Positions 7,525 through 16,099 are shown, counted from the first letter of the stretch. The stretch is 57,140 nucleotides of DNA from Clostridia bacterium (GCA_017624815.1 JAGAMH010000090.1:1-57140), one strand, 5' to 3'. Translations and numbers: made by a program. Notes: generated from the letters alone by a model not told the origin.

Positions 7525-9795
7525 TTAAACCGCCTTTTTCTTTTTATTATAGAATATTATTCCCACTACTGCCAAGGCCGCTACTGCCACAACGATAAAC
7601 ACCGTCCACCACCAGCTTAAAACGACGTAGGTTATAGCCGAAACTATAAAGGAAGTAACTATCCAGAACAATAAAGTCCATTTAAACTTGCCTTTGTTAA
7701 GTTCGCCCTTAGCCGCAGCAACTGCCGCAAAGCAAGGGATTGTAGTCATATTAAATACTATAAACGAAACGAGTGCCGCAGGGGTAATACCCGTGCCTAA
7801 AACCATCATATACACGTCGGAAGCGCCTTCTATTTCACCGAGAGCACCAGCCATTTCGGGAGCTATAACTAACGAGAATATTGCCGCCAAAGTACCGAAA
7901 GTTGCAATAACTTCTTCCTTTGCAATAAGACCGGTAACTGCCGCTACAGCGAATACCCAACCGTATTCGTTGAGTTGCGAACCGAAGCCTAACGGAGTGA
8001 ATATGGGTTGAATAAATTGACCAATAGACGCCAAAATTGAATTTTCAATTTCCGTCATTTGCCAGTTCCAACCAAAGTTAGATAAGAACCAAACTACTAT
8101 GGTAGACGCTAAGATAACGGTGAACACCTTTTTGATATAGTGTTTAGTTTTATCCCAAAGGTGAACCATGAGCGATTGGAATCTGGGCATATGATAGGTG
8201 GGAAGTTCCATAATAAAGGGAGCAACTTCGCCGCGTTGGGTTGTAGCGCGCATTATTATAATAGAAACTACTGCAACCACTATACCTATTACGTACATTA
8301 AAAAGCTTATAATAGAACCGTCGCCAAGTCCGGGAACCATAGACGCAACCGCGCCTGCAACCGCTACCAAAATAGGAAGCTTTGCACCGCAAGAGAAGAA
8401 AGGAATAGTTCTTATAGTTAAAGTGCGTTCTCTTTCGTCTGCAAGCGTTCTGGTATTTACCATTGCGGGGATAGAACAACCAAAGCCCATTATCATGGGG
8501 ATAAACGCTCTACCTGAAATGCCGAAACGGTTAAATATTCTATCCATAATAAACGCTACGCGCGCCATATAGCCGCTGTCTTCTAATATGGATAATAAAA
8601 GTAACAATACTAAAATTTGAGGAACGAAACTTAATACGCCACCTAAACCGCCTAATATACCGTCGTTAACCAAGCCTAACACCCAGTCGGATGCGTTTAA
8701 CGCTTCTAAGCCTGAACCTATCCAACCGAACACGGTGGAAGTGAGTAAATCCATCAAGTTAAAAAGTATTACGCCGGGCGAGAATATTGCCCCGTCGTAC
8801 ACGCACGCAAGCAGTGATACGCCAAAGTTTGCCGCCTCTAACTCGCCTTCTGCGTTGGCAACCATAAGTCCTAAATCTTCGAGAGAAGGAAGGAAGCCGA
8901 ATGAACCTAAGAATAAAAAGTCTTCTGAAAAAGTTAAATGGAAAATAGCAAAAAGTATTACTAAGAAAATGGGAATACCCCAAATTTTATGCGTTAAAAC
9001 TTGGTCTGCTTTATCAGATTTGGTTAAAGCAGCGCTCTTTTCAGTCTTTTTCTTGCTAGAAGCAAAATGCGCCGATATGTATTTATATTTTTCATCTACG
9101 ATTAAGCATTCTAAATCTTCTTCGGTACTTGCCGTAATTTCTTCGTGTAACGCTTTTGCCGCCTTATTTTCAAGTTCAATTTCGTCGTTTTCTAAAAGCT
9201 TAATAGCGTGGAATAAGGGCGACGCAACGCCTTGCTCTTTATATAATTCAACCGCCTTTTCCAATTTATCGCCTAGAACGGAAGAAACTAAGCACACACC
9301 CTTTCTTTGTGCAGGCATTGCCGTTGCTCTTTCCATTAAAGCCTTAACGCCTTTACCCGTTAACGCCGATACGGGCACTACGGGAACGCCGATTGCGTTT
9401 TCTAAAGCTTTTGCGTCGATTTGGTCGCCCACCTTTTCCACTTCGTCCATCATATTAAGGGCGATTATTACGGGAACGTCCATTTCTAAAAGCTGAGTAG
9501 TTAAATATAAGTTACGCTCTAAGTTAGTTGCGTCTACTACGTTGATGACAGCGTCGGGCTTTTCTTCAAGGATATAATTACGCGAAATAACTTCTTCGGG
9601 GGTGTAAGGCGAAAGACTGTAAATACCGGGTAAATCGACTATATTAGCCTTTATTCCGTTCTTTTTATAAACGCCTTCGCGCTTATCTACCGTAACGCCA
9701 GGCCAGTTTCCTACGTGAGCTGTTGCGCCCGTTAAAGCGTTGAAAAGCGTGGTTTTACCGCAGTTGGGGTTTCCTGCTAACGCAAAATTTTTCAT
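7525..9795 (-). CDS. feoB: Ferrous iron transporter FeoB
   Basis: G-domain MKNFALAGNPNCGKTTLFNALTG followed by a polytopic membrane domain. Preferred start is ATG 9795, which overlaps the feoA TGA (ATGA). The track start at 9813 lies inside feoA. Confidence 0.95.
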   Translation of the reverse strand: MKNFALAGNPNCGKTTLFNALTGATAHVGNWPGVTVDKREGVYKKNGIKANIVDLPGIYSLSPYTPEEVISRNYILEEKPDAVINVVDATNLERNLYLTTQLLEMDVPVIIALNMMDEVEKVGDQIDAKALENAIGVPVVPVSALTGKGVKALMERATAMPAQRKGVCLVSSVLGDKLEKAVELYKEQGVASPLFHAIKLLENDEIELENKAAKALHEEITASTEEDLECLIVDEKYKYISAHFASSKKKTEKSAALTKSDKADQVLTHKIWGIPIFLVILFAIFHLTFSEDFLFLGSFGFLPSLEDLGLMVANAEGELEAANFGVSLLACVYDGAIFSPGVILFNLMDLLTSTVFGWIGSGLEALNASDWVLGLVNDGILGGLGGVLSFVPQILVLLLLLSILEDSGYMARVAFIMDRIFNRFGISGRAFIPMIMGFGCSIPAMVNTRTLADERERTLTIRTIPFFSCGAKLPILVAVAGAVASMVPGLGDGSIISFLMYVIGIVVAVVSIIIMRATTQRGEVAPFIMELPTYHMPRFQSLMVHLWDKTKHYIKKVFTVILASTIVVWFLSNFGWNWQMTEIENSILASIGQFIQPIFTPLGFGSQLNEYGWVFAVAAVTGLIAKEEVIATFGTLAAIFSLVIAPEMAGALGEIEGASDVYMMVLGTGITPAALVSFIVFNMTTIPCFAAVAAAKGELNKGKFKWTLLFWIVTSFIVSAITYVVLSWWWTVFIVVAVAALAVVGIIFYNKKKKAV

Positions 9796-10019
9796 AACTG
9801 CACCTCCACGCACTCCGCCTCCGTTTTACGAAGGGTTAATTCGTACCCACGAATAGTTACTTCTAACGGATCGCCTAAAGGCGCTTTTTTTCTTAATAAA
9901 ACTTCCGCACCGGGGGTTACTCCCATATCGAAAAGTCTGCGGCGAATTCTGCCTTCACCTGCGACCTTTACTATTTTACCGCTTTCTCCAACGGCAAAAT
10001 CGCAAAGTAATTTGGTCAT
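9792..10019 (-). CDS. feoA: FeoA family protein (copy 2, coupled to feoB)
   Basis: 75-aa SH3-like FeoA sequence (GESGKIVKV...RRLFDMGVTPGAEV). Stop overlaps the feoB start. Confidence 0.9.
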   Translation of the reverse strand: MTKLLCDFAVGESGKIVKVAGEGRIRRRLFDMGVTPGAEVLLRKKAPLGDPLEVTIRGYELTLRKTEAECVEVQL

Positions 10020-10055
10020 TTTTATATCTCCTTTAAAATTTAATCCTAAGCAATT

Positions 10056-10071
10056 CTAAACTACGGTTTAG
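10056..10071. promoter_or_regulatory. Candidate operator palindrome upstream of feoA-feoB
   Basis: CTAAAC-TACG-GTTTAG, a near copy of the palindrome at 10365-10380. It overlaps a weak minus-strand promoter (TTGACT 10078-10083, TAGAAT 10053-10058, 19-bp spacer). Confidence 0.45.
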
Positions 10072-10081
10072 TTTTTTAGTC

Positions 10082-10114
10082 AAAAATATGCGGTTAAGCT
10101 TTTCTGCTTAACCG
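10082..10114 (-). terminator. Terminator or attenuator after the first feoA
   Basis: Stem CGGTTAAGC / GCTTAACCG, 6-nt loop, followed on the minus strand by ATATTTTT. Confidence 0.6.
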
Positions 10115-10122
10115 TAATAACA

Positions 10123-10335
10123 TTAAGCTACAACTATTTTTGCGGCTAAGGTTCTGTCTAAACAAAGCCTTCCTTCTTTAACCTTTAAAATAACGCTTCC
10201 GCCACTCGACGAGAGCACGGTAATTTTACTGCCGACGGAAATTCCTATTTCCTGTAAATGCTTTTTGGTCTTTTCTTCTGCGCCAACTCTGCGAACGGTT
10301 AATTCTTCGTTTATGGGTGCTAAAAATATGGGCAT
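10123..10335 (-). CDS. feoA: FeoA family protein (copy 1, stand-alone)
   Basis: 70 aa, LTVRRVGAEEKTKKHLQEIGISVGSKITV, typical FeoA. GGAGGAG ribosome-binding site. Confidence 0.85.
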   Translation of the reverse strand: MPIFLAPINEELTVRRVGAEEKTKKHLQEIGISVGSKITVLSSSGGSVILKVKEGRLCLDRTLAAKIVVA

Positions 10336-10364
10336 TTGCTCTCCTCCTTGGAAAATTTTAAAAG

Positions 10365-10380
10365 CTAAACCTAGGTTTAG
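10365..10380. promoter_or_regulatory. Candidate operator: perfect 16-bp palindrome at the transcription start of feoA copy 1
   Basis: CTAAACCTAGGTTTAG, immediately downstream of the -10 element at 10388-10393. Confidence 0.5.
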
Positions 10381-10387
10381 TAATTAC

Positions 10388-10416
10388 ATTATAGCTATTT
10401 ATTATACGTTTGTCAA
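10388..10416 (-). promoter_or_regulatory. Consensus sigma-70 promoter of feoA copy 1
   Basis: Minus strand TTGACA (10416-10411), 17-bp spacer, TATAAT (10393-10388). Confidence 0.7.
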
Positions 10417-10475
10417 ATATTTTTTATAACCAAGGTTAAGTTTTTTTAAAATTTTTTTCTTTCATTATTATTTAA

Positions 10476-10505
10476 TATAAAAAACCGCCGAGCTTTTTCG
10501 ACGGT
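10476..10505 (-). terminator. Rho-independent terminator after sdaA
   Basis: Minus strand ACCGTCGA...TCGGCGGT stem (one mismatch) followed by TTTTTTATA. Confidence 0.6.
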
Positions 10506-10571
10506 TTTAGTACTTTTTTATTGAGTTTACAGCGCCTGCCGTTAAAAAAGTTTAACGCTTTGCACGCTTTA

Positions 10572-11801
10572 TTATTTTTTAAATTTTTCTACCGGGTAAT
10601 ACTTTGCAAGTCCGCCCGAAGACGTTTCGCGATAGCCTATAAGTAAATCTTTGCCCGTATTGTACATAGTTTTTACTATTAAATCGAAGGATATTTTTCT
10701 AGAAGAGGACAAAAAGTTTGCAAGCGACAAGGCGTTGATTGCACGCATTGCGGCAACGGCGTTACGCTCTATGCAGGGGATTTGCACTAAGCCTGCAATA
10801 GGGTCGCAAGTTAATCCCAAATGGTGTTCCATAGCCACTTCGGCAGCGTATTCTATTTGTCCTAAGCCCATTTCAAAAAGTTCAGCCAAAGCCGCCGCAG
10901 CCATACAGCAAGCCGAGCCTATCTCCGCTTGGCAACCGCATTCCGCACCGCTTATAGAGGCGTTTTTCTTAATTATATTGCCTATAATGCCGCCCGTTGC
11001 CAAGGCTTTTACTATTTGCTCGTCAGAAAAGCCGCGGTTTTCCTGCATATATTTTAGCACGGAAGGCACTACTCCGCAAGAACCGCACGTGGGGGCAATT
11101 ACTATCGTTCCGCCCGAAGCGTTTTGTTCACTCGTTGCGAATGCGTACGAGCAAACGAGCCTATTTTCTCGCGTTTGAGCCGATTCGTCGATATGGCGTT
11201 TGTTGTAGAGAGTTTGCGCGCGGCGTTGCGTTCCCAAAATACCGGGAAGAACGCCCGAAGTAGTTAAGCCTTCGTGTATGGTCTTTTTCATCTGTTCCCA
11301 TACTTCGCCCAAATAATCTAAAATTTCTTCGCCTTCGCACTCGACGACGTATTGCCAAATTCTTATGTTCTTTTTGCGGCAATAGTCGGAGATTTCGTCG
11401 TATGTATTTAAGGGATATATGGCGTCGTTTGCGTATTTTAAAAGCTCGGACGAATCTTCCCCTTCAATTTCTATTGAACCGCCGCCAACGCTATAAATGC
11501 GGTTTTGCCCCAATAACTTTTCGCCCGAATACGCCAAAATATCCATAGTGTTAGGATGCACGGGACAATGCGTTTTGTTATCAAACTGCACTTCGCACTT
11601 TAAAGGCGCAAACGTTTCTATAATAACCTTGTCCGTGCCGTGTCCAACGCCCGTAGACGATAGCGAGCCGTATAAAACAACCTTAAAATTATCTGCGTTT
11701 GAATAACGTTCGCGCATTATTTTTACTGCGCGTTCAGGGCCCATAGTATGTGAGCTTGAAGGGCCTTTACCTATTTTATAAAGTTCACGCAAAGATTGCA
11801 T
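10572..11801 (-). CDS. sdaA: L-serine ammonia-lyase (iron-sulfur dependent, single-chain form)
   Basis: N-terminal KIGKGPSSSHTMGP motif. C-terminal half contains GGTIVIAPTCGSCGV and GAECGCQAEIGSA, typical of serine dehydratase alpha domains. Confidence 0.85.
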   Translation of the reverse strand: MQSLRELYKIGKGPSSSHTMGPERAVKIMRERYSNADNFKVVLYGSLSSTGVGHGTDKVIIETFAPLKCEVQFDNKTHCPVHPNTMDILAYSGEKLLGQNRIYSVGGGSIEIEGEDSSELLKYANDAIYPLNTYDEISDYCRKKNIRIWQYVVECEGEEILDYLGEVWEQMKKTIHEGLTTSGVLPGILGTQRRAQTLYNKRHIDESAQTRENRLVCSYAFATSEQNASGGTIVIAPTCGSCGVVPSVLKYMQENRGFSDEQIVKALATGGIIGNIIKKNASISGAECGCQAEIGSACCMAAAALAELFEMGLGQIEYAAEVAMEHHLGLTCDPIAGLVQIPCIERNAVAAMRAINALSLANFLSSSRKISFDLIVKTMYNTGKDLLIGYRETSSGGLAKYYPVEKFKK

Positions 11802-11838
11802 AAAATCACCTTTATTTGCCGCATATTAGCGGGTTAAT

Positions 11839-12348
11839 TTAAATTTCAATTAAAAATCCGCGCTCGCGGAGCTTTGCTTCTATCCTATCTAAAACTTCTG
11901 CGCTTTCCGCCGAAACGGTGTGGTAGTGATATCCGTCGGTAACGGACATTAACGGCTTAGACGCACCCGAAAAAAGCGAACGGTAAAGCTCTTCTACGTG
12001 CATGCGGTTAATTAAATCTAACCTTGCCGAAATTTTACCGTAAAGCCTGTGGTTTACGAAAATATTTTCTATTTTAGCTCCCTCGTCCACAACTAAAAAG
12101 CCTTCTTCCACCAACTCTTCAAATGTATGTCGACATTTAAAAACGCGCGTTTGCACGGTTTTTACGTTTAAAAAATAACCTTTATTAGTTGCCACTATAT
12201 CGTAGCCGTTTGCGCGCAATATTGCAATATCTTGAACAATAACTTGGCGCGATACTGCAAACTTATTTTTAAGAACGCTTGCCGGAATAGGATTTTCGCT
12301 GTTTCCTATAAGGCTTAAAATTTCCTCCCTTCTCTTATCAGCTTTCAT
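11839..12348 (-). CDS. niaR: NAD biosynthesis transcriptional repressor NiaR (HTH plus 3H domain)
   Basis: N-terminal HTH RREEILSLI...ASVLKNKFAVSRQVIVQDIAILRANGYDI, then a 3H-type C-terminal domain. Located directly downstream of nadC. Confidence 0.8.
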   Translation of the reverse strand: MKADKRREEILSLIGNSENPIPASVLKNKFAVSRQVIVQDIAILRANGYDIVATNKGYFLNVKTVQTRVFKCRHTFEELVEEGFLVVDEGAKIENIFVNHRLYGKISARLDLINRMHVEELYRSLFSGASKPLMSVTDGYHYHTVSAESAEVLDRIEAKLRERGFLIEI

Positions 12349-13209
12349 TTACTCCTCCACGGGGCGTAAATTTTTAAGCGATAAATCAAGAATGGGCGCA
12401 GAGTGGGTAAGTGCCCCGCTCGAAACGAAATCTACCCCGCAATCGGTTATATTTTTAATGTTTTCTTTAGTTACGTTGCCGCTGCATTCCGTTTGCGCTC
12501 TGCCTGCAATAAGCTTTACAGCCTCTTTCATTTGCTCGGGCGTCATATTGTCGAGCATTATGATATCAGCGCCCGCTTCCACCGCCTCTTTGCACATTTC
12601 AAGGTTTTCCACTTCTACTTCTATCTTTCTAACGAAGGGCGCGTATTCCTTTGCCGCCAAAATAGCTTCTTTAACGCCGCCCGCAGCGCCAATGTGATTG
12701 TCTTTGAGCAATACTCCGTCCGAAAGGTTATATCTGTGGTTGTTCCCGCCACCCACTTTAACGGCGTATTTTTCAAAAATACGCATGTTGGGAGTTGTTT
12801 TACGGGTATCTAAAAGTTTAGTTTTAGTGCCCTTTAAAAGCTCGGCAACCGAGCGGGTGTAGGTTGCAATGCCGCTCATTCTTTGAAGGTAATTAAGCGC
12901 CGTTCTTTCGCCTGAAAGTAAAACGCGGATATCGCCTACTATATCTGCAACGAGCTGACCTTTTTTTACGAAGTCGCCGTCTTTTGCGTAAAAGGTAATT
13001 TGCGTGTTATTATCTAAAATTTTAAAGGTGCGTTCAAAAACGTATAAGCCGCAAATAACGCCGTCTTGCTTGCAAATTAGCTGCACCGTGCCCTTTTTAT
13101 AATCGGGCATAACGGCGTTCGTGGTAACGTCTTCCTGCGAAATATCTTCGCGTAAAGCAAGTTTAATTAGGTCGTCTGCCTGAATTATATTAGTTATCGG
13201 GTTGTTCAT
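12349..13209 (-). CDS. nadC: Nicotinate-nucleotide diphosphorylase (carboxylating)
   Basis: Typical QPRTase sequence (LSGERTALNYLQRMSGIAT, KTTPNMRIFEKYAVKVGGGNNHR, IMLDNM). Confidence 0.95.
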   Translation of the reverse strand: MNNPITNIIQADDLIKLALREDISQEDVTTNAVMPDYKKGTVQLICKQDGVICGLYVFERTFKILDNNTQITFYAKDGDFVKKGQLVADIVGDIRVLLSGERTALNYLQRMSGIATYTRSVAELLKGTKTKLLDTRKTTPNMRIFEKYAVKVGGGNNHRYNLSDGVLLKDNHIGAAGGVKEAILAAKEYAPFVRKIEVEVENLEMCKEAVEAGADIIMLDNMTPEQMKEAVKLIAGRAQTECSGNVTKENIKNITDCGVDFVSSGALTHSAPILDLSLKNLRPVEE

Positions 13210-14515
13210 TTTCGTTCGCCTCCTTAATTGCGTTTAAAACTATTTGTTTATATTCTTTTAAAAGTTTATTTACGTTGTGGTACTTTTCTAAGCTTAAAGC
13301 CTTTTCCGCCGCCTTTGCTTTGGGCATATCCACGGGGCAATAACCGTTTTTAATATCTATTGCCGCGTTTTTGGCAAACAGTAAACTTTCTAAAAGCGAG
13401 TTAGAAGCAAGCCTGTTTTTGCCGTGTACTCCGTTGCAGCAAGTTTCACCAACGGCGTAAAGGCGCTGCATGGTCGTTTTGCCGTTTAAGTCGCTCCTTA
13501 TTCCGCCCATAAAGTAATGCTGAGAAGGCACTACGGGAATACTTTCGCGCAATACATCGTATCCTTCGTCTAAACAGCGTTGGACTATCGTGGGGAAATG
13601 ACTTATAACCTCTTCGCGTGGGATTTTAGTCATATCCAACCAAACGTGGTCGGTGCCGTCCTTTTTCATTTGCTTTAAAATGGCGGCGGTAACTACGTCG
13701 CGCGGTTGAAGCTCGTCGGTAAATCTGTTAAAGTTTTTGTCTAAAAGGTGCGCCCCTTCACCGCGAACGGATTCCGAAATTAAAAATCTTCTGCCCTTCT
13801 TTTTGGAATAAAGCGTGGTAGGGTGAATTTGTATATAGTTTATATGGTCCACCGCAACGCCGTGATTAATGCAAATTGCAAGCGAATCACCCGTTAAGAT
13901 TCGGAAGTTCGTTGAATTTTCAAATACGCCGCCAATGCCACCCGTTGCAAGCACGGTGTAATCGGCTAAAATGCGATAAAGCTTGCCAGTTTTTCCGTCT
14001 TTGGCAACTATGCCGTAACATTCGTTGTCCTTGCAAATAATATCGAGCATAGTCATATAAGGCACGATAATAACGTTCTTTTTACTGCGCGCCTTTTTCA
14101 TAAGATTGGTAGTTATTTCCTTGCCCGTGCAATCTTCGTGAAAGCATATGCGGTTTCTGGAATGGCCGCCTTCGCGAGTGTAATCGTAAGAGCCGTCTGC
14201 CTTACGTTCAAAGCGAACGCCTATCTTTGTTAAATCGGCTATAATTTGAGGGGAATTTTTAATCATACACTCAACCGTTTTAGGGTTGTTTTCATAATGC
14301 CCCGCGCGCATGGTATCTTCGAAATAGCCTTCAAAATCGTCGTCGTTTACCATGCAGCAAATGCCGCCTTGAGCCAAATAGCTATCGCTCATATCAGGCG
14401 TTTTTTTGCAAATAACTAAAACGCTTTTGTCTTCGGGAAGGTTAATTGCACAGTTTAACCCGGCAACGCCCGTTCCAACTATAATAACGTCGTATTTTTT
14501 AGAAAGTTTAATCAT
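13190..14515 (-). CDS. nadB: L-aspartate oxidase (short form)
   Basis: FAD fold DVIIVGTGVAGLN, plus RPGGHS-like GGHSRNRI and SNSLLE motifs. Overlaps the nadC start by 20 nt. Confidence 0.9.
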   Translation of the reverse strand: MIKLSKKYDVIIVGTGVAGLNCAINLPEDKSVLVICKKTPDMSDSYLAQGGICCMVNDDDFEGYFEDTMRAGHYENNPKTVECMIKNSPQIIADLTKIGVRFERKADGSYDYTREGGHSRNRICFHEDCTGKEITTNLMKKARSKKNVIIVPYMTMLDIICKDNECYGIVAKDGKTGKLYRILADYTVLATGGIGGVFENSTNFRILTGDSLAICINHGVAVDHINYIQIHPTTLYSKKKGRRFLISESVRGEGAHLLDKNFNRFTDELQPRDVVTAAILKQMKKDGTDHVWLDMTKIPREEVISHFPTIVQRCLDEGYDVLRESIPVVPSQHYFMGGIRSDLNGKTTMQRLYAVGETCCNGVHGKNRLASNSLLESLLFAKNAAIDIKNGYCPVDMPKAKAAEKALSLEKYHNVNKLLKEYKQIVLNAIKEANENEQPDN

Positions 14516-14568
14516 AAAATTACCTTCTTAAATTAAAACACTTTCAGCCTATAATAGCTTATAGTAAA

Positions 14569-14597
14569 AGTTTACACCCAAAGTTTACACCTGTCAA
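14569..14597 (-). promoter_or_regulatory. Promoter of the nadB operon
   Basis: Minus strand TTGACA (14597-14592), 17-bp spacer, TAAACT (14574-14569). Confidence 0.55.
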
Positions 14598-14610
14598 GTC
14601 ATCTGTAAAC
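14583..14610. promoter_or_regulatory. Candidate NiaR operator
   Basis: GTTTACA-N14-TGTAAAC inverted repeat spanning the -35 box. A further direct copy of AAGTTTACACC lies at 14568-14578. Confidence 0.45.
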
Positions 14611-14671
14611 ATTTTTTAATTATAATAAAAATTTTTTTGTTGGAGCGGCGCTTAACGTCTAATTTTGAGTA

Positions 14672-14700
14672 TTGACTTATTTACTCGGCTATGATATAAT
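14672..14700 (+). promoter_or_regulatory. sigma-70 promoter with extended -10
   Basis: TTGACT (14672-14677), 17-bp spacer, TGaTATAAT (14692-14700). Confidence 0.65.
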
Positions 14701-14731
14701 TTTGTAAATTAAAGCATTTTGGGAGAGAATT

Positions 14732-15289
14732 ATGTCGTTAAAAAGCATTGATTATATAACCATGGTAGACAACGCCTTTTATATTAGAAGAACTAAGACG
14801 AGAAGCGAAGCAATAACACTTATTACCAAGCTTTTCGTTGACGGCTATTGGTGTGTAAAGCAATTAACCAACGTTGAAGAATACAGGCAAAATTTACCCG
14901 ATACCGAAGTTGCCTTTAGAGCCGTTCGTTCAATGCTTTTAGCCGCAGCGGCAACCAATGGTGCGTTAAGCGATTTTGAATACGAAATTTATTGCAATTT
15001 TTGCAAACAGGTTAATAAAATACCACTATCCCAATCAAAAGCAAGCGAAGCGGCTAAGAGCCAATTAACGATTGATAAGGTAAAGATTTGGCGTTCGCTT
15101 AATTCCGGCAGACATTTGCTTAACGAAACGCTGTATCATAACTTGGTATACGCTATGACCTTGACGATAATTTACCAAGACGGGCACTTTTTCAAATCCG
15201 ACTACGATTTGATGACGATTATGCTTCGCCCCGGGTTTGACAAAACGGGTTCTTCGTATAACGACCTTATGAGTCAAATTTATATTTAA
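14732..15289 (+). CDS. Hypothetical protein, TerB-like (tentative)
   Basis: Helical protein with AAAATNGALSDFEYEIY and IIYQDGHFFKSDYDLMTIM segments resembling the two (A)DG-x-hydrophobic-x-x-E motifs of TerB/DjlA-N domains. GGGAGAG ribosome-binding site. Confidence 0.4.
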   Translation: MSLKSIDYITMVDNAFYIRRTKTRSEAITLITKLFVDGYWCVKQLTNVEEYRQNLPDTEVAFRAVRSMLLAAAATNGALSDFEYEIYCNFCKQVNKIPLSQSKASEAAKSQLTIDKVKIWRSLNSGRHLLNETLYHNLVYAMTLTIIYQDGHFFKSDYDLMTIMLRPGFDKTGSSYNDLMSQIYI

Positions 15290-15290
15290 T

Positions 15291-15326
15291 AAAAAAAGAC
15301 TAACGAGCTTTTCGTTAGTCTTTTTA
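15291..15326. terminator. Bidirectional terminator
   Basis: A-run, stem GACTAACGA / TCGTTAGTC, T-run, between convergent genes. Confidence 0.8.
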
Positions 15327-15347
15327 ATTTCGGTGTTTACCGTTTAA

Positions 15348-15890
15348 TTAATAGTTTTTTGCCTCTAATTCAAAATACGCCTTGGGATGAGCGCATACGG
15401 GGCAAAGGTCGGGGGCACTTTCGCTTACCTGAACGTGTCCGCAGTTGCGGCATTTCCAAACGTTTATTCCCGTTTTTTTAGTGAATACTTCGTCGTTTGC
15501 AACGTTTGCCGCAAGTTTTAAATATCTTTCTTCGTGATGGCGTTCAACTTCGGCTACCGCGCGGAACTTTCTTGCAATTTCAGTAAAGCCTTCTTCTTCG
15601 GCTACTTTTGCAAAATCAGCGTACATTCCAGTCCATTCTTCGTTTTCGCCGGCTGCCGCTGCCTTTAAGTTTTCTAAGGTAGAGCCAATGCCGTTTAATT
15701 CCTTAAACCACATTTTAGCGTGTTCTTTTTCGTTTTCTGCCGTTTCCAAAAAGAGAGCTGCTATTTGTTCGTAGCCTTCTTTTTTAGCCTTGCTTGCAAA
15801 GTAAGAATACTTGTTTCTAGCTTGGCTTTCGCCTGCAAACGCATACCATAAATTAGCTTCGGTTTTGCTTCCTTTAAGTTCTTTTGCCAT
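15348..15890 (-). CDS. rbr: Rubrerythrin
   Basis: Ferritin-like diiron half ([34 protein letters not shown]) plus a C-terminal rubredoxin-like CRNCGH...CPVC. Confidence 0.95.
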   Translation of the reverse strand: MAKELKGSKTEANLWYAFAGESQARNKYSYFASKAKKEGYEQIAALFLETAENEKEHAKMWFKELNGIGSTLENLKAAAAGENEEWTGMYADFAKVAEEEGFTEIARKFRAVAEVERHHEERYLKLAANVANDEVFTKKTGINVWKCRNCGHVQVSESAPDLCPVCAHPKAYFELEAKNY

Positions 15891-15948
15891 AATATAATTT
15901 TCTCCGTTTTAATTAATTTTTTGCGGCTAAATAACCGCTTTTCCGTTT

Positions 15949-15968
15949 TGTGATTTAATTATATCACA
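15949..15968. promoter_or_regulatory. Palindrome overlapping the rubrerythrin -10 element (candidate repressor site)
   Basis: TGTGAT-N8-ATCACA (tgtgatttaattatatcaca). It contains the minus-strand TGtGATATAAT region. Confidence 0.4.
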
Positions 15969-15986
15969 CATTTTTTTATATGTCAA
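15958..15986 (-). promoter_or_regulatory. Consensus promoter of rubrerythrin
   Basis: Minus strand TTGACA (15986-15981), 17-bp spacer, TATAAT (15963-15958). Confidence 0.7.
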
Positions 15987-16099
15987 TTAATTTTATTAAT
16001 AATATTTAATCTTATTAAGAAAAAATTAATATTACTCTTTTGCGCGTTATATTTTATATTATTTTCCCCTTTTACGGCAATTTATTTTAATATAAAGCT

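Noticed and set aside
8735-9496. Long antisense ORFs inside well-supported genes: 253 aa in feoB, 175 aa at 10651-11178 in sdaA, 195 aa at 44969-45556 in nrdD, 162 aa at 29185-29673, 142 aa at 35671-36099, 161 aa at 6125-6610
   Set aside because: They lie entirely opposite conserved coding sequence. They have low-complexity or odd composition (S/A/F/R-rich) and no ribosome-binding site or promoter. They are the usual by-product of codon bias and of the K/E-rich repeat. There is no evidence for overlapping genes.
10365-10380. Assigning the feo palindromes to DtxR/IdeR on the basis of the shared AGGTT(T)A hexamer
   Set aside because: In DtxR operators (TTAGGTTAGCCTAACCTAA) the half-sites face the opposite way. 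Here the order is TAAACCT-AGGTTTA, so the resemblance may be superficial. It is kept only as an unassigned candidate operator.
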